Shown here one piece after another: positions 20,577-30,397 of a stretch of DNA of 64,000 bases. Below the pieces are notes generated by a model that worked only from the letters and a program-made list of their open reading frames with translations, searched no databases and was not told the origin of the DNA. Source of the stretch: Candidatus Thorarchaeota archaeon (GTDB taxonomy: Archaea; Asgardarchaeota; Thorarchaeia; Thorarchaeales; Thorarchaeaceae); contig JBHLRS010000001.1 of NCBI GenBank assembly GCA_048882325.1, positions 32,001-96,000 on the forward strand, given 5' to 3'. The first letter of the stretch is position 1, and every line of letters begins with the position of its first letter. The position numbers and the translations under genes were made by a program.

Positions 20577-23438
20577 TCAAGAAGATCTTCTTGAAGCAAT
20601 TGCTTTTCTTATCTCCTCTATGATTAGGACCACAAATCCAAGAAGAACGATCTCTAGCCACTCAAGAATTCCAAGAGGTACCAACCTGAATATTTCCGTC
20701 ATGAAGGGGATAAGAAATAGAATTCCTACTAGAAATATATCAATGACATAGACTCCGAAGATGAATCTATTTCTGAATATTCCCATCTCACGAATTGACT
20801 TAGTCTGAGATCTGCAATTCTGCACACTAAACCACTGAACTATAATCAGAGTGACGAACATCATTGTTCTCAACTTGTTCTGAGCTAAGAGTAGGTCTGT
20901 TTCATTCTGTGCATTTGCGATAAATCCAAGGTTTTGGTAATATACAACCAATACGATTGCAGCCATGACAATTCCATAGAATATGGCTCTGCCAAGGCTC
21001 TGACGTGAGAGAACACGATCTTTCAGGGATCCTGGACTTTGATCTAAGAGACCCTTCTCCTTAGGCTCAAGAGATAACGCGATGTCTAACATACCATCCG
21101 TAACAAGATTGACCCATAAGATTTGAAGTGGCAGAAGAAGTACCAAATTGTTTCCAGTGAATAGAAGAAGAATTGACAATATTAGAAAACTTTCAGCAAG
21201 ATTAGTAGCAGTTAGAAAGAGCACAACCCGCTTAAGAGAACTCAGGATATTCCGTCCCTCTTCTATTCCATCAACTACAGTTTCGAACCTCTCATCTTGA
21301 AGGACAATATCTGCTGCTTCTTTGGAGATGTCTGTCCCAGTAATTCCCATAGCTATGCCTACATTCGCCTGACGAAGTGCAGGACTATCATTAACACCAT
21401 CCCCAGTCATACTCACAACCTTGCCCGTTTCCTGAAGCGCTTTTACAACTCTTAGCTTGTGAAACGGATTTGTCCGAGCCAACACGGTCGCACCTTTTTC
21501 CAGAGTGTTTTTGAGTTCTTCATCATCCATAGTATCAATATCATCGCCCTTGATTGCGATATCACCCCGTTCTTCATCAAACACTCCCACTTCTCGACCT
21601 ATGGCTTGTGCAGTAAATTCGTTGTCACCAGTAATCATAATGACATTTATACCCGCTCTGTTACTCTTTTTGATATAATCAGATACTCCTTCTCTGGGTG
21701 GATCATTTATTCCACATAATCCTACAAACTCCATACCTACAAGGTCTTCGTCTGAAATCAGCGTATGATTCTTAGGAACGTACTTGATTGCACAAGCTAG
21801 CACGCGAAGACCTTGAGATGCAAATTCACTCACTACTTCTTCTGTACCTGACGCAGTTGTAAGGAATGACTCAATTCTCTCAGGTGCCCCCTTTACAATC
21901 AATAAGTTCGACTCATGAGCATCCAGTTTCGGACCAGGTAGGTGTAAGGTTGCCATGTATTTTCTATCACTAGAAAAAGGAATCTCAGCAACTCTAGGCC
22001 ATGCCTCATCAAGAACATACTTGTGAAGTCCTACTTTTTCCAGACTGACAAGCAATGCTGCTTCAGTTGGTGAACCCCTAATTTGCCACTCACTTGCATC
22101 TCCTGTGCATTTTCTTATTGAGTCATCTTCATCCAAGCAAAGCGAATATAGTTCTGAGTCATTACAGAGTGCAAAATATGCCAGTAGTTTTTCAAGGTCC
22201 GGAAATTCATTCAATCTATCGCCAAGAATAGGTTCCTTTGAATCAGGATGTAACTCCAGATCTACCTCCTCATGGAGTTGCGTAGATCGGAGACAACCAG
22301 TTGGTCCGCATCCTTCGATGAATACACCTCCAACCCTGGGATTGAACCCCGACCCACTGACTTCAAAATAATTATTAGGAGTGAATAGTCTACGGACCAT
22401 CATCTGGTTTCTTGTCAACGTGCCTGTTTTATCAGAACAGATTACATTGATCAACCCAAGAGTTTCAACAACCCCTAGATTTCTAATAATGACCTTCTTT
22501 CTAGATAGTCTATAGACTCCAACAGAGAGTACGATTGTTATAACAGCGATGAGTCCCTCTGGAATAGCTGATACCAACGCAGATAGCGCAAAGAGAATGA
22601 ATTCACTGAGTCCGACCTGACTTGGGATATCTCGATAGAACCCAAGTAGCAATGTTGTTACAAGGAACACTCCAGCGAGAGCAATGAAGAAGATGCTCAA
22701 TCTTTCTAGTCGAATCATAACAGTTGTTTTCTCTTTCTTTATACTTTGAAGCTCCTTGTTAATTTCTCCAAGAACCGTATCATCCCCGGTATTCTCAACT
22801 AATACTCTTGCTTTGCCCTCTGTTACATAGGAGCCAGCAAATACTTGGTTCGTCTTTTCATAATAATGGGGATTTTGAATAAGACAGACAACATCTTTCC
22901 TTATTGGAACACTTTCTCCTGTGAGCAAGCTCTCATCCACATGAAGATTACTTTCAAAAATGATTCTTCCGTCAGCTGGTACTTTGTCACCAGTCCGAAG
23001 GAGAAGTAAATCCCCTGGTACAATCTCTAAAGATCTAATCTCGAGTTCAGTGCCATTTCTGACCACGACTGACTTCTCTTCTATAAGTCGCTTGACAGAT
23101 TCAATTGTCCTCTCTGCTCTCCATTCCTGAACGAATCCAATTATTGAATTGATCAAAAGGATGACTGCAATAACTATTGTATCTTCAGCATGGCCACCAA
23201 TGTATGATATAGCAGCAGCAAGGAGCAAGACATAGACTAGAGGTGATTTGAACTGCCGAAAGAACATGATTAGAGGACTGTCTCCCTTTCCCAAGGTAAG
23301 AGTGTTTTCACCAAACTCAGCGCTCTTCTGGATCACTTCATCATCAGTGAGTCCCTCTGGATTTGCTCCAAGACTTAGTAGACACTCTTTGTAATCTACA
23401 TACTCATCTGATGTTTCAGTCCTCTCGCTAGTCATCAT
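20577..23438 (-). CDS. P-type IIA (Ca2+-type) cation-transporting ATPase
   Basis: TGES, PEGL, DKTGTLT, KGAPE, DPPR, TGDN, GDGVNDSPAL, QILWVNLVTDG. Confidence 0.95.
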   Translation of the reverse strand: MMTSERTETSDEYVDYKECLLSLGANPEGLTDDEVIQKSAEFGENTLTLGKGDSPLIMFFRQFKSPLVYVLLLAAAISYIGGHAEDTIVIAVILLINSIIGFVQEWRAERTIESVKRLIEEKSVVVRNGTELEIRSLEIVPGDLLLLRTGDKVPADGRIIFESNLHVDESLLTGESVPIRKDVVCLIQNPHYYEKTNQVFAGSYVTEGKARVLVENTGDDTVLGEINKELQSIKKEKTTVMIRLERLSIFFIALAGVFLVTTLLLGFYRDIPSQVGLSEFILFALSALVSAIPEGLIAVITIVLSVGVYRLSRKKVIIRNLGVVETLGLINVICSDKTGTLTRNQMMVRRLFTPNNYFEVSGSGFNPRVGGVFIEGCGPTGCLRSTQLHEEVDLELHPDSKEPILGDRLNEFPDLEKLLAYFALCNDSELYSLCLDEDDSIRKCTGDASEWQIRGSPTEAALLVSLEKVGLHKYVLDEAWPRVAEIPFSSDRKYMATLHLPGPKLDAHESNLLIVKGAPERIESFLTTASGTEEVVSEFASQGLRVLACAIKYVPKNHTLISDEDLVGMEFVGLCGINDPPREGVSDYIKKSNRAGINVIMITGDNEFTAQAIGREVGVFDEERGDIAIKGDDIDTMDDEELKNTLEKGATVLARTNPFHKLRVVKALQETGKVVSMTGDGVNDSPALRQANVGIAMGITGTDISKEAADIVLQDERFETVVDGIEEGRNILSSLKRVVLFLTATNLAESFLILSILLLFTGNNLVLLLPLQILWVNLVTDGMLDIALSLEPKEKGLLDQSPGSLKDRVLSRQSLGRAIFYGIVMAAIVLVVYYQNLGFIANAQNETDLLLAQNKLRTMMFVTLIIVQWFSVQNCRSQTKSIREMGIFRNRFIFGVYVIDIFLVGILFLIPFMTEIFRLVPLGILEWLEIVLLGFVVLIIEEIRKAIASRRSS

Positions 23439-23503
23439 CCCACTCTCTCAATCTTGGCTGGGTTGAATTCCATGCGGAATTTAAAACACGCGATTCATCC
23501 CTT

Positions 23504-25231
23504 TCATTGAGTATCGCTATCAGGTGACATGTCCTGCTCTTGCATTCTCATTCTGTTAATGACCTCTTCAATCTCTGCTTCAAGCTCACTTTTTAGATCT
23601 TGATAGATTCCTTCTGAGATCTTGCCGGATTCAAATTCCTTCTCATAGAACTCGAGTTTCTTTCTATAGATTTCTTCACGGAAGCCAAGCTCTTGTATTC
23701 TTGCCCTTCTCTCCGACACAACCCTTCTCAATTCATCTTCAAGAGTGAAGATCTCTTCCTCTAACTCAGATTTGAGTCTTGTATACATGGCTGAATCTAC
23801 TTTCCCTTCCGTATATCTATCAACAAGAAGAAGTAATGCCTGCCGGGTGGCATCTCGATGTACAGTGATTTCCGTTGCTCGATCCTGCTTTTCAATGAGC
23901 CCTAAGAAATTCGCAAAATAAGATGTTGTTAAACCTTGTACAATTAAGCTTACAAACAGTACAATGAAAACAATGGCATATATTGTCGGTACAACTGGTT
24001 TAATGGAATCAAGAAATACTGAATCTGTCGAAACGTGTACGATGAAAGTAACAGCAATTGCAGCAAGAGCTGCACTAGCTACACCCTTGACTCCCGCCCA
24101 ACTAAGGAAGATACGCTCCTTATATCCCATTGCTCTGTCTCTAGCAGTAACCAGAAACACAGAGATTGGTCTTGCAACAAGAATGACTAACACTGCGGTT
24201 AATAGACCGATTCCAAGAATTCCAGGATTGGCAAATAAGAATGCGATTGTTTCAGTTTCAGCGTCACCTGCAATGAGGGGGACACTCAATGTGTAACCCA
24301 AAAGAATGAAGACAACGATTTCAAAAAAGAATGAAACGTTCTTCATGACACCTCTCATCGACCGTTGGGGTAGTGGTTCGAGACCAATCATTTTTGAATT
24401 TGCCAAGAAGATTCCAGCGAAAACAGCAGCTAGTGCGCCTGGATGGATATAGAAGATGACAAAAAGTTCTCCAAAGCCATAGGCAAGAAACGGAGCGGTG
24501 GCTGTCAGAATTGTGACATTGGTATCGTCTCCAGCTCGAGGTATCAACCATCCAATTATGAGCGCTACAATATATCCAAGAAACACACCAAGACCCATGC
24601 TTGCAAGAAATTCTGCAAAGATGATTCCATAATTTATACTACCAACGATGCCTGCTAGTGAGGCTACCACTATTGGTTCAAAAACAAGGATTACAAGAAT
24701 CACTGAAGTAGCATCGTTGAAAACTGCTTCTCCCTCTAGTATTGAAAATAGTTTGCGTTTGACTCTTACTCCTCCCGTTTCTAATACAGAGAACAAGGCT
24801 GCTGGATCCGTGGGAGCAAGGATAGCTCCAATCAGAAATGCTGCAATCCCAACAGGCACTCCGAGAGCTGCTGTTGAGGTTTGTATTGCGAAACCCCCAA
24901 TTACTGCTGTGGCAAACACCCCTACTGTCGCCAACAACATTACATTCTCAATAGACAATCTGAGCTCTCTGAGATTCAAAGTGAGACCCGCATAGAATAG
25001 GACTGCTGCCAGTGTCAGTTGAGCAATGAAGTCAAATCCTGCGATCTGAACCAGCGACTCTCCCGGATTAAAGATAATTAGGATACGACCCATTACTAGA
25101 CCGGTGAGTACAAGTGGGATTGGGTGGGGAACTCTATACCTCTCAGCAATCTTCGCTATTGCCACACCAAGGATTAGTATAATAGCTATCAGAACAAGAA
25201 TTGATGTTGATAGTTCCTCTCCCTGCATCAA
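23504..25231 (-). CDS. CPA1 family cation:proton antiporter (NhaP-like) with helical cytoplasmic tail
   Basis: APTDP, EGEAVFNDA, ARP, WAGVKG, VQGLT; about 13 TM. Confidence 0.9.
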   Translation of the reverse strand: MMQGEELSTSILVLIAIILILGVAIAKIAERYRVPHPIPLVLTGLVMGRILIIFNPGESLVQIAGFDFIAQLTLAAVLFYAGLTLNLRELRLSIENVMLLATVGVFATAVIGGFAIQTSTAALGVPVGIAAFLIGAILAPTDPAALFSVLETGGVRVKRKLFSILEGEAVFNDATSVILVILVFEPIVVASLAGIVGSINYGIIFAEFLASMGLGVFLGYIVALIIGWLIPRAGDDTNVTILTATAPFLAYGFGELFVIFYIHPGALAAVFAGIFLANSKMIGLEPLPQRSMRGVMKNVSFFFEIVVFILLGYTLSVPLIAGDAETETIAFLFANPGILGIGLLTAVLVILVARPISVFLVTARDRAMGYKERIFLSWAGVKGVASAALAAIAVTFIVHVSTDSVFLDSIKPVVPTIYAIVFIVLFVSLIVQGLTTSYFANFLGLIEKQDRATEITVHRDATRQALLLLVDRYTEGKVDSAMYTRLKSELEEEIFTLEDELRRVVSERRARIQELGFREEIYRKKLEFYEKEFESGKISEGIYQDLKSELEAEIEEVINRMRMQEQDMSPDSDTQ

Positions 25232-25237
25232 AGAAGA

Positions 25238-25864
25238 TCAAATCTCCGCCACAATCTCCGCACATTCTTTTGCATAATCTGATACATGTTCTAATTCACC
25301 CACAATCTTTCGCAGAATGTAACTCGCGAAGTCGCAATCTCTTCCACCAGAAGCAATTGATATCTGACGACAGATGACAATGTTATCCTCGTCAATCTCC
25401 CTTTCAAGTCTAATTAGAAGTTCAAGTGAGTGGTCTGCTTCTTCTAGATTATCCGCCCTCTGTTCTACCATTCTCTTCAGGGTAGCCATCATCTCATTCA
25501 CTTTCTTTGAGATTGTAGACATGGAATCCATGAATATATCATTGAAGACCTCATCCTGCAAGATATCAATAAGAACGAGAACCCTGAGGAAAGTGTGTTG
25601 GATGTTTAGCATGTAAGAGATAATTGACTGAGCCAAGATTCCCAGTTCATCGTGAGGAAGTCTTTTTGAAAATGCATACTTGTCAATCAAGCCACGGACG
25701 AACTTGAAAGCTTCTTTTCGTTTGTTCATCCACTCCTCCTCCGCAAGCTCCTCACATTTCAGACACAGTCTTTTGTGAATATACTCGCTGAGTTTCTCCT
25801 GAACTTCAAGTATGCTTCTGATGTTCTCCATGATGGTGCTTCTATCCAGTGGTTCCGCGGCCAT
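25238..25864 (-). CDS. PhoU/DUF47-like helical-bundle protein
   Basis: LEREID...LEHVSDYAKECAE motif. Confidence 0.6.
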   Translation of the reverse strand: MAAEPLDRSTIMENIRSILEVQEKLSEYIHKRLCLKCEELAEEEWMNKRKEAFKFVRGLIDKYAFSKRLPHDELGILAQSIISYMLNIQHTFLRVLVLIDILQDEVFNDIFMDSMSTISKKVNEMMATLKRMVEQRADNLEEADHSLELLIRLEREIDEDNIVICRQISIASGGRDCDFASYILRKIVGELEHVSDYAKECAEIVAEI

Positions 25865-25867
25865 CTT

Positions 25868-26119
25868 TCAATCCTCCTCTGGTTCTCTTCTTCTCCATGC
25901 TAAAGCAAAGTCTACATGGATGAAGTGACGGCGAATCGTGACCTCGATACCAGTTTCGATAGGTTCACCAAGAGGAACCTCGATTACTCCCTCTCTCAAC
26001 GTTGGCATGGGAAGCTCAAGTTGATCTCCAGCTCGAATTTGTTCAGCAACTTCGACAAGAAGATCCGCTAGACTACTAAGCGTTTTCTCCTCCTCGAATT
26101 CATACTCTTCAATACGCAT
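25868..26119 (-). CDS. Amphi-Trp domain protein
   Basis: About 80 aa; LADLLVEVAEQI helix, then beta strands ending in a near-terminal Trp (FALAW). Confidence 0.65.
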   Translation of the reverse strand: MRIEEYEFEEEKTLSSLADLLVEVAEQIRAGDQLELPMPTLREGVIEVPLGEPIETGIEVTIRRHFIHVDFALAWRRREPEED

Positions 26120-26276
26120 CTTGCATTCTCCTTTGATATGCAGTGCAATTACTCGCGAAATTGTGTATCAGGCCTTTTTAGAGTAGCTCTTTAGCTAAAA
26201 ATCCTAATTTCAACCACCATCCTTAATTGGAAATCCAGAATCTCTTGCTTTGGAAATCTCAAAGGAAGTACATCCA

Positions 26277-27434
26277 ATGGGTGAAGACAAGGAAGACTTC
26301 GTGGTAACTCCCTGGGAAGTGAGTGGAATCATGGACCAGTCGGTCTATGATCGTCTCATTGAGAAATTCGGAACCGAACGAATCACGCAGAAACTTCGAG
26401 AAAGAATCTACAAGATCACAAAGGAGAAGCATGTTCTCCTAGAGCGTGAACTCTTCTTCTCACATAGGGATCTCGATTGGATCCTCGATGAATATGAAAA
26501 AGGCAATAAATTCGTTCTATACACTGGCCGTGGACCTAGCGGCATTACTCATATCGGCCATCTGGTTCCTTGGCAATTCACCAAATGGATGCAAGACAAG
26601 TTCGACACTCCTCTCTACTTTCAAATGACTAACGATGAGAAATACTTCTTCGAACCTCATCTCAGCCTAGAGGATGTTAGGAAGTACACCTATGATAACA
26701 CTCTAGACCTACTTGCTCTTGGGTTTGAGCCAGAGAACACCTACATCATTCAAGACATAGAGCATATAGACCTCCTTTATGAGATTGCAGTTGAGGTCGC
26801 CAGAAAGGTGACCTTCTCTACAGTGAAGGCTGTGTTTGGTTTCGACAACAGCACAAACATCGGTTCAACTTGGCATCCTGCTATTCAGGCAGCTCCAGCT
26901 TTCATTCATTCATGGATCTATGGAAAGAAGACTCCCTGCATCATTCCGTCTGCAATTGATCAGGATCCTTTCTGGCGTATAACTCGTGATGTCGCAGAAC
27001 GTCTTGGATACCACAAACCCGCTGCCATCCAGTGCTCCTTTGTACCGGGACTGAAAGAGGGTGGAAAAATGTCATCGTCTGATCCGATGTCAGCTGTCTT
27101 CACAACTGACACGCCGAAGCAGGCAAAGAAGAAAGTGATGGCTGCTTTTACTGGTGGTCGGACCACTGTTGAAGAGCAACGAGAACTCGGTGCCAATCCC
27201 GATATCTGCAGTGTCTTCAAGTACTACACATTCATCTTCATGCCTGATGACAATGACCTAGCAGACATTGAGAAGAAGTGTCGTGGTGGAGAGATACTCT
27301 GTGGTGAGTGCAAGCAGATACTTGCTCCTATGATGATGGAGTTTCTTGAGAAGCATCAAGCAGCACGGGAAGAAGTGAAGGACAGGGTTGATGAATTCTC
27401 TGCCGCTCGACTGCGTGATGAACTTCGGAAGTAG
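26277..27434 (+). CDS. trpS: Tryptophanyl-tRNA synthetase (archaeal/eukaryotic type)
   Basis: VTPWEV, YTGRGPS..HIGH, AIDQDPF, KMSSS, AFTGGR. Confidence 0.96.
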   Translation: MGEDKEDFVVTPWEVSGIMDQSVYDRLIEKFGTERITQKLRERIYKITKEKHVLLERELFFSHRDLDWILDEYEKGNKFVLYTGRGPSGITHIGHLVPWQFTKWMQDKFDTPLYFQMTNDEKYFFEPHLSLEDVRKYTYDNTLDLLALGFEPENTYIIQDIEHIDLLYEIAVEVARKVTFSTVKAVFGFDNSTNIGSTWHPAIQAAPAFIHSWIYGKKTPCIIPSAIDQDPFWRITRDVAERLGYHKPAAIQCSFVPGLKEGGKMSSSDPMSAVFTTDTPKQAKKKVMAAFTGGRTTVEEQRELGANPDICSVFKYYTFIFMPDDNDLADIEKKCRGGEILCGECKQILAPMMMEFLEKHQAAREEVKDRVDEFSAARLRDELRK

Positions 27435-27499
27435 GATGGTTCGAAAACCCGAATATTTATGTCATAGTATGCTTCTCTTTTTTTGGAGAGGTGGTTGTT

Positions 27500-28183
27500 A
27501 TGGCATTAGAATCAATTCCAACTCCTATTGATACCAGCCCAAGTCAACTTGATAGAAGAACTCACCAGGTGTTGATAGCATTAGGTGTCTTCGGCATCCT
27601 AAGTACAATGGTTATGTACGCTGTACAAACAGGTGTATATCTAGAATATCTACGACTCATGAATATTGATCCATTCAACTATGAAGCTTATATATATCTC
27701 ATAGACATTCTTCAGCTCGTTGGTGATCTCTATATCATTCCGGCCATGATGATAGCACTAGGTTTCTATGCGGTCATTGTTTCGTCTGGAGGAAGGTTCA
27801 GTTTGATATTCGTTTTCATCTTTCTTTTTCCATATACGTACAACCTCTATGAGGAGCTAGGATCTTTGTTTGAATACGAGTTTCTACTTTCACTTGATAC
27901 AGCAATTGCGATATCTATAGCTTTCATTTTGGGTATGATTCTATTGACTACGAGATATCAGATTAAGAAGAGATTACTTCTATACTTCGCAATCATAATG
28001 ATGCTGGCGAATCCTATTGTTGTCATTGTGCACTACTTCCTTGTGTGGGTAAACATCAGTAGTCTGATACTTGGAACACAATACTTTCTGATCACCCTGC
28101 CGGTTACGATAGTCTACTACCTGCGATTGGTGACTATAATGGTGTTATTCTCCGTTGAATTCAAAAGAGACAATGTGATTTAA
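27500..28183 (+). CDS. Hypothetical membrane protein (about 6 TM)
   Basis: Very hydrophobic ORF; GAGGTG upstream. Confidence 0.65.
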   Translation: MALESIPTPIDTSPSQLDRRTHQVLIALGVFGILSTMVMYAVQTGVYLEYLRLMNIDPFNYEAYIYLIDILQLVGDLYIIPAMMIALGFYAVIVSSGGRFSLIFVFIFLFPYTYNLYEELGSLFEYEFLLSLDTAIAISIAFILGMILLTTRYQIKKRLLLYFAIIMMLANPIVVIVHYFLVWVNISSLILGTQYFLITLPVTIVYYLRLVTIMVLFSVEFKRDNVI

Positions 28184-28333
28184 ACAAGATTGAGCTGGTA
28201 GGTCCTGAACTTAGGTGGGACCTACTCGCCTTGTGTTCTCTATTAGCAATAATTGGCTGTTTAGCCATGTGACGAACTCTTAAATGCCTACAACACGAAT
28301 GGCCTTCAGATACAGACTCCGGAGAGTTTGATA

Positions 28334-29380
28334 ATGGGTTCAGAAGCAGAAGCAGCGGACATGTTCAAGTGTCCAGTCTGCAATGGCAATGTAAAGACCG
28401 GACCCGACGACGTTGTTATTTCATGTACCTATTGTGGCAGTACAAGCACAATTGATGGCAAAGCTATTGGAGACCATCTTATGGAAACCGCTGTCGACTC
28501 AGATGAGCGACAGCAAGGTTTCCAGTCATTCCTTGACAAGAATAAGGGAATGAACAAATCCCTAGTTCGGAATGCAAAAGTGGTTGAAAATCGATTGATC
28601 TATGTACCTGTGTGGACTGCGAAGGTAAAAGCAGATTCCTACTACAAAGGTTACAGAACTGTCCAAGTTCCGGTTCAAAAGACTCGGACCGTTAGAGATA
28701 GTGAAGGACACACACGAACTGAAACATATACTGACTACGAAACAGGTTATGAACCAGTTCAGGATGAAATCCACTCTGACACAGATGAGCGATTATTAGC
28801 CAGAAAAGGCGCTCGCTTCTATGGTCTCGAGGAGTATCTAGACAAAATAAACCTGGCAAAGACAATCCCATATGACTTTGAGAAGATCAAGGATTTGGAA
28901 CCAGATATGCTCAATGCTGAGATTGGTCAAGAAGAATATGAGAAAACTGTCCATGGTCGTGTGGCTGACAGACACCGCTCGCAAGCTGCGAGTGGACTGA
29001 CAGAGTTGTTTGATTGCAGGACTACTACCAACGTACGAGGAACTACATACCTTCAGGCACCATTCTCACTGATACGATACAAGTTCGAGGGTGACCTCTA
29101 TAAGGCTGCGATTGACGGTAACACGGGCAATGTGGTTCTTGGCGAAATTCCAATCACACGTGGTCAACGTATCATGTGGACTCTAATGGGTCTTATTGGA
29201 ATAATCGTGTCAGGAGTTGGTGGCGAGTTCTTCATGGGCGCAGGGATGGGAATCAATTCGGTCCCAGAGGGTGACACAATGCAAATTGTCCTTGGGCTTG
29301 CAGCAATAATCATTGGAATCATAATGACCTTTGCAGGGTTCAGGGTGCTGATTATGACTCAGCGCACCAAGAAGGGGTGA
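28334..29380 (+). CDS. Zinc-ribbon protein with C-terminal two-TM anchor
   Basis: CPVC..CTYCG; YVPVW; PF..IRY.F.G..Y...IDG.TG; two TM helices. Confidence 0.75.
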   Translation: MGSEAEAADMFKCPVCNGNVKTGPDDVVISCTYCGSTSTIDGKAIGDHLMETAVDSDERQQGFQSFLDKNKGMNKSLVRNAKVVENRLIYVPVWTAKVKADSYYKGYRTVQVPVQKTRTVRDSEGHTRTETYTDYETGYEPVQDEIHSDTDERLLARKGARFYGLEEYLDKINLAKTIPYDFEKIKDLEPDMLNAEIGQEEYEKTVHGRVADRHRSQAASGLTELFDCRTTTNVRGTTYLQAPFSLIRYKFEGDLYKAAIDGNTGNVVLGEIPITRGQRIMWTLMGLIGIIVSGVGGEFFMGAGMGINSVPEGDTMQIVLGLAAIIIGIIMTFAGFRVLIMTQRTKKG

Positions 29381-29385
29381 TTGAA

Positions 29386-30369
29386 ATGGCAAGATGTGCG
29401 TTTTGTGATGCAGATTTTCAAACTGGTCCTGGCGATGTCCTGTTAGTCTGTCCTTACTGTGGTACTGCACAGACTACTGATGGTGTAAAGTTTCAGGATC
29501 ATTACATGATTCGTGTTCATTTCGATCAGCATGAGGCACAGACAACACTGCTTGATTGGATAGCAAAGCAACTTGGTGTACCTGAAGACCTCAATGTAGG
29601 TGCAAAGTTTGTCAAGTACCAACAGGTCTGGTATCCATTCTGGATTAGCAGAGTTGATGCCCACACAGAGTACCGAGGAATGGGTCGCGACGCCAATTTC
29701 TATGATGAATGGCCTCAGAGGAGAGGTGCATACAAGCGTATTGATTTCTTCTGGAAGCCTGAATCAGGTGCTTTCACTCGAAGACATGAGATCAATATTG
29801 CAGGTGTAAAAAACATCGACCCAGATGTTCGCAGTCATCCGATACCGACTCGTGCCAAGGAATACTTCAGTCATGCACATGCTGAGGAGTTCGATGGTCA
29901 AGTCCTACACAGTAATATGACTGAAGACCAAGCCAAGAAAATGGCTCATCAGATTGCTCACGACAGACAGACAAACCTTGTGTTGCAAGAAGTGAGTAAG
30001 ATTGAGTCCAGAGATGACAAGATTGATGTCGGCGAAACATTTCTGATTCATGTCCCTGTTTGGGAGCTTGAATACAGATATGGCAATAAGAAATACAAGG
30101 CATCGGTTTCAGCTCCAACCGGTTATGTGATTGAGAGTGAGTATCCTCGCTCTATGTCTTTCAGAGCCGGAGGTATTGGAGTCGGTCTGATCATGCTCCT
30201 CCTCGGAGCAGGTCTAATCATGCTTGCGACGGGTATCCTTGCTGACCTACTTGGTATAGGTCCAATGCTTCAGGGTGGGGGCCTATTCTCGGGTGGTCTT
30301 TTAGCCATCATTGGTCTAGTTTTAATGTATAAAGGCGCTTCTAGCAAAGAAGCAAAAGAGCGAGTGTAG
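29386..30369 (+). CDS. Zinc-ribbon protein with C-terminal two-TM anchor (paralog of upstream gene)
   Basis: CAFC..CPYCG; WYPFW; PVW..EY.YG.K.Y..VSAPTG; two TM helices. Confidence 0.75.
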   Translation: MARCAFCDADFQTGPGDVLLVCPYCGTAQTTDGVKFQDHYMIRVHFDQHEAQTTLLDWIAKQLGVPEDLNVGAKFVKYQQVWYPFWISRVDAHTEYRGMGRDANFYDEWPQRRGAYKRIDFFWKPESGAFTRRHEINIAGVKNIDPDVRSHPIPTRAKEYFSHAHAEEFDGQVLHSNMTEDQAKKMAHQIAHDRQTNLVLQEVSKIESRDDKIDVGETFLIHVPVWELEYRYGNKKYKASVSAPTGYVIESEYPRSMSFRAGGIGVGLIMLLLGAGLIMLATGILADLLGIGPMLQGGGLFSGGLLAIIGLVLMYKGASSKEAKERV

Positions 30370-30397
30370 GTCATCCTACACCCTTTTCCTTTTTTTT
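30364..30397 (+). terminator. Hairpin + U-tract terminator
   Basis: GTGTAGG-TCAT-CCTACAC followed by CCTTTTCCTTTTTTTT. Confidence 0.7.

Noticed and set aside
28193-28226. GTAGGTCC/GGACCTAC hairpin as a possible tRNA or mobile-element end
   Set aside because: No cloverleaf or T-loop and no transposase nearby; probably a 3' hairpin with a weak U-tract
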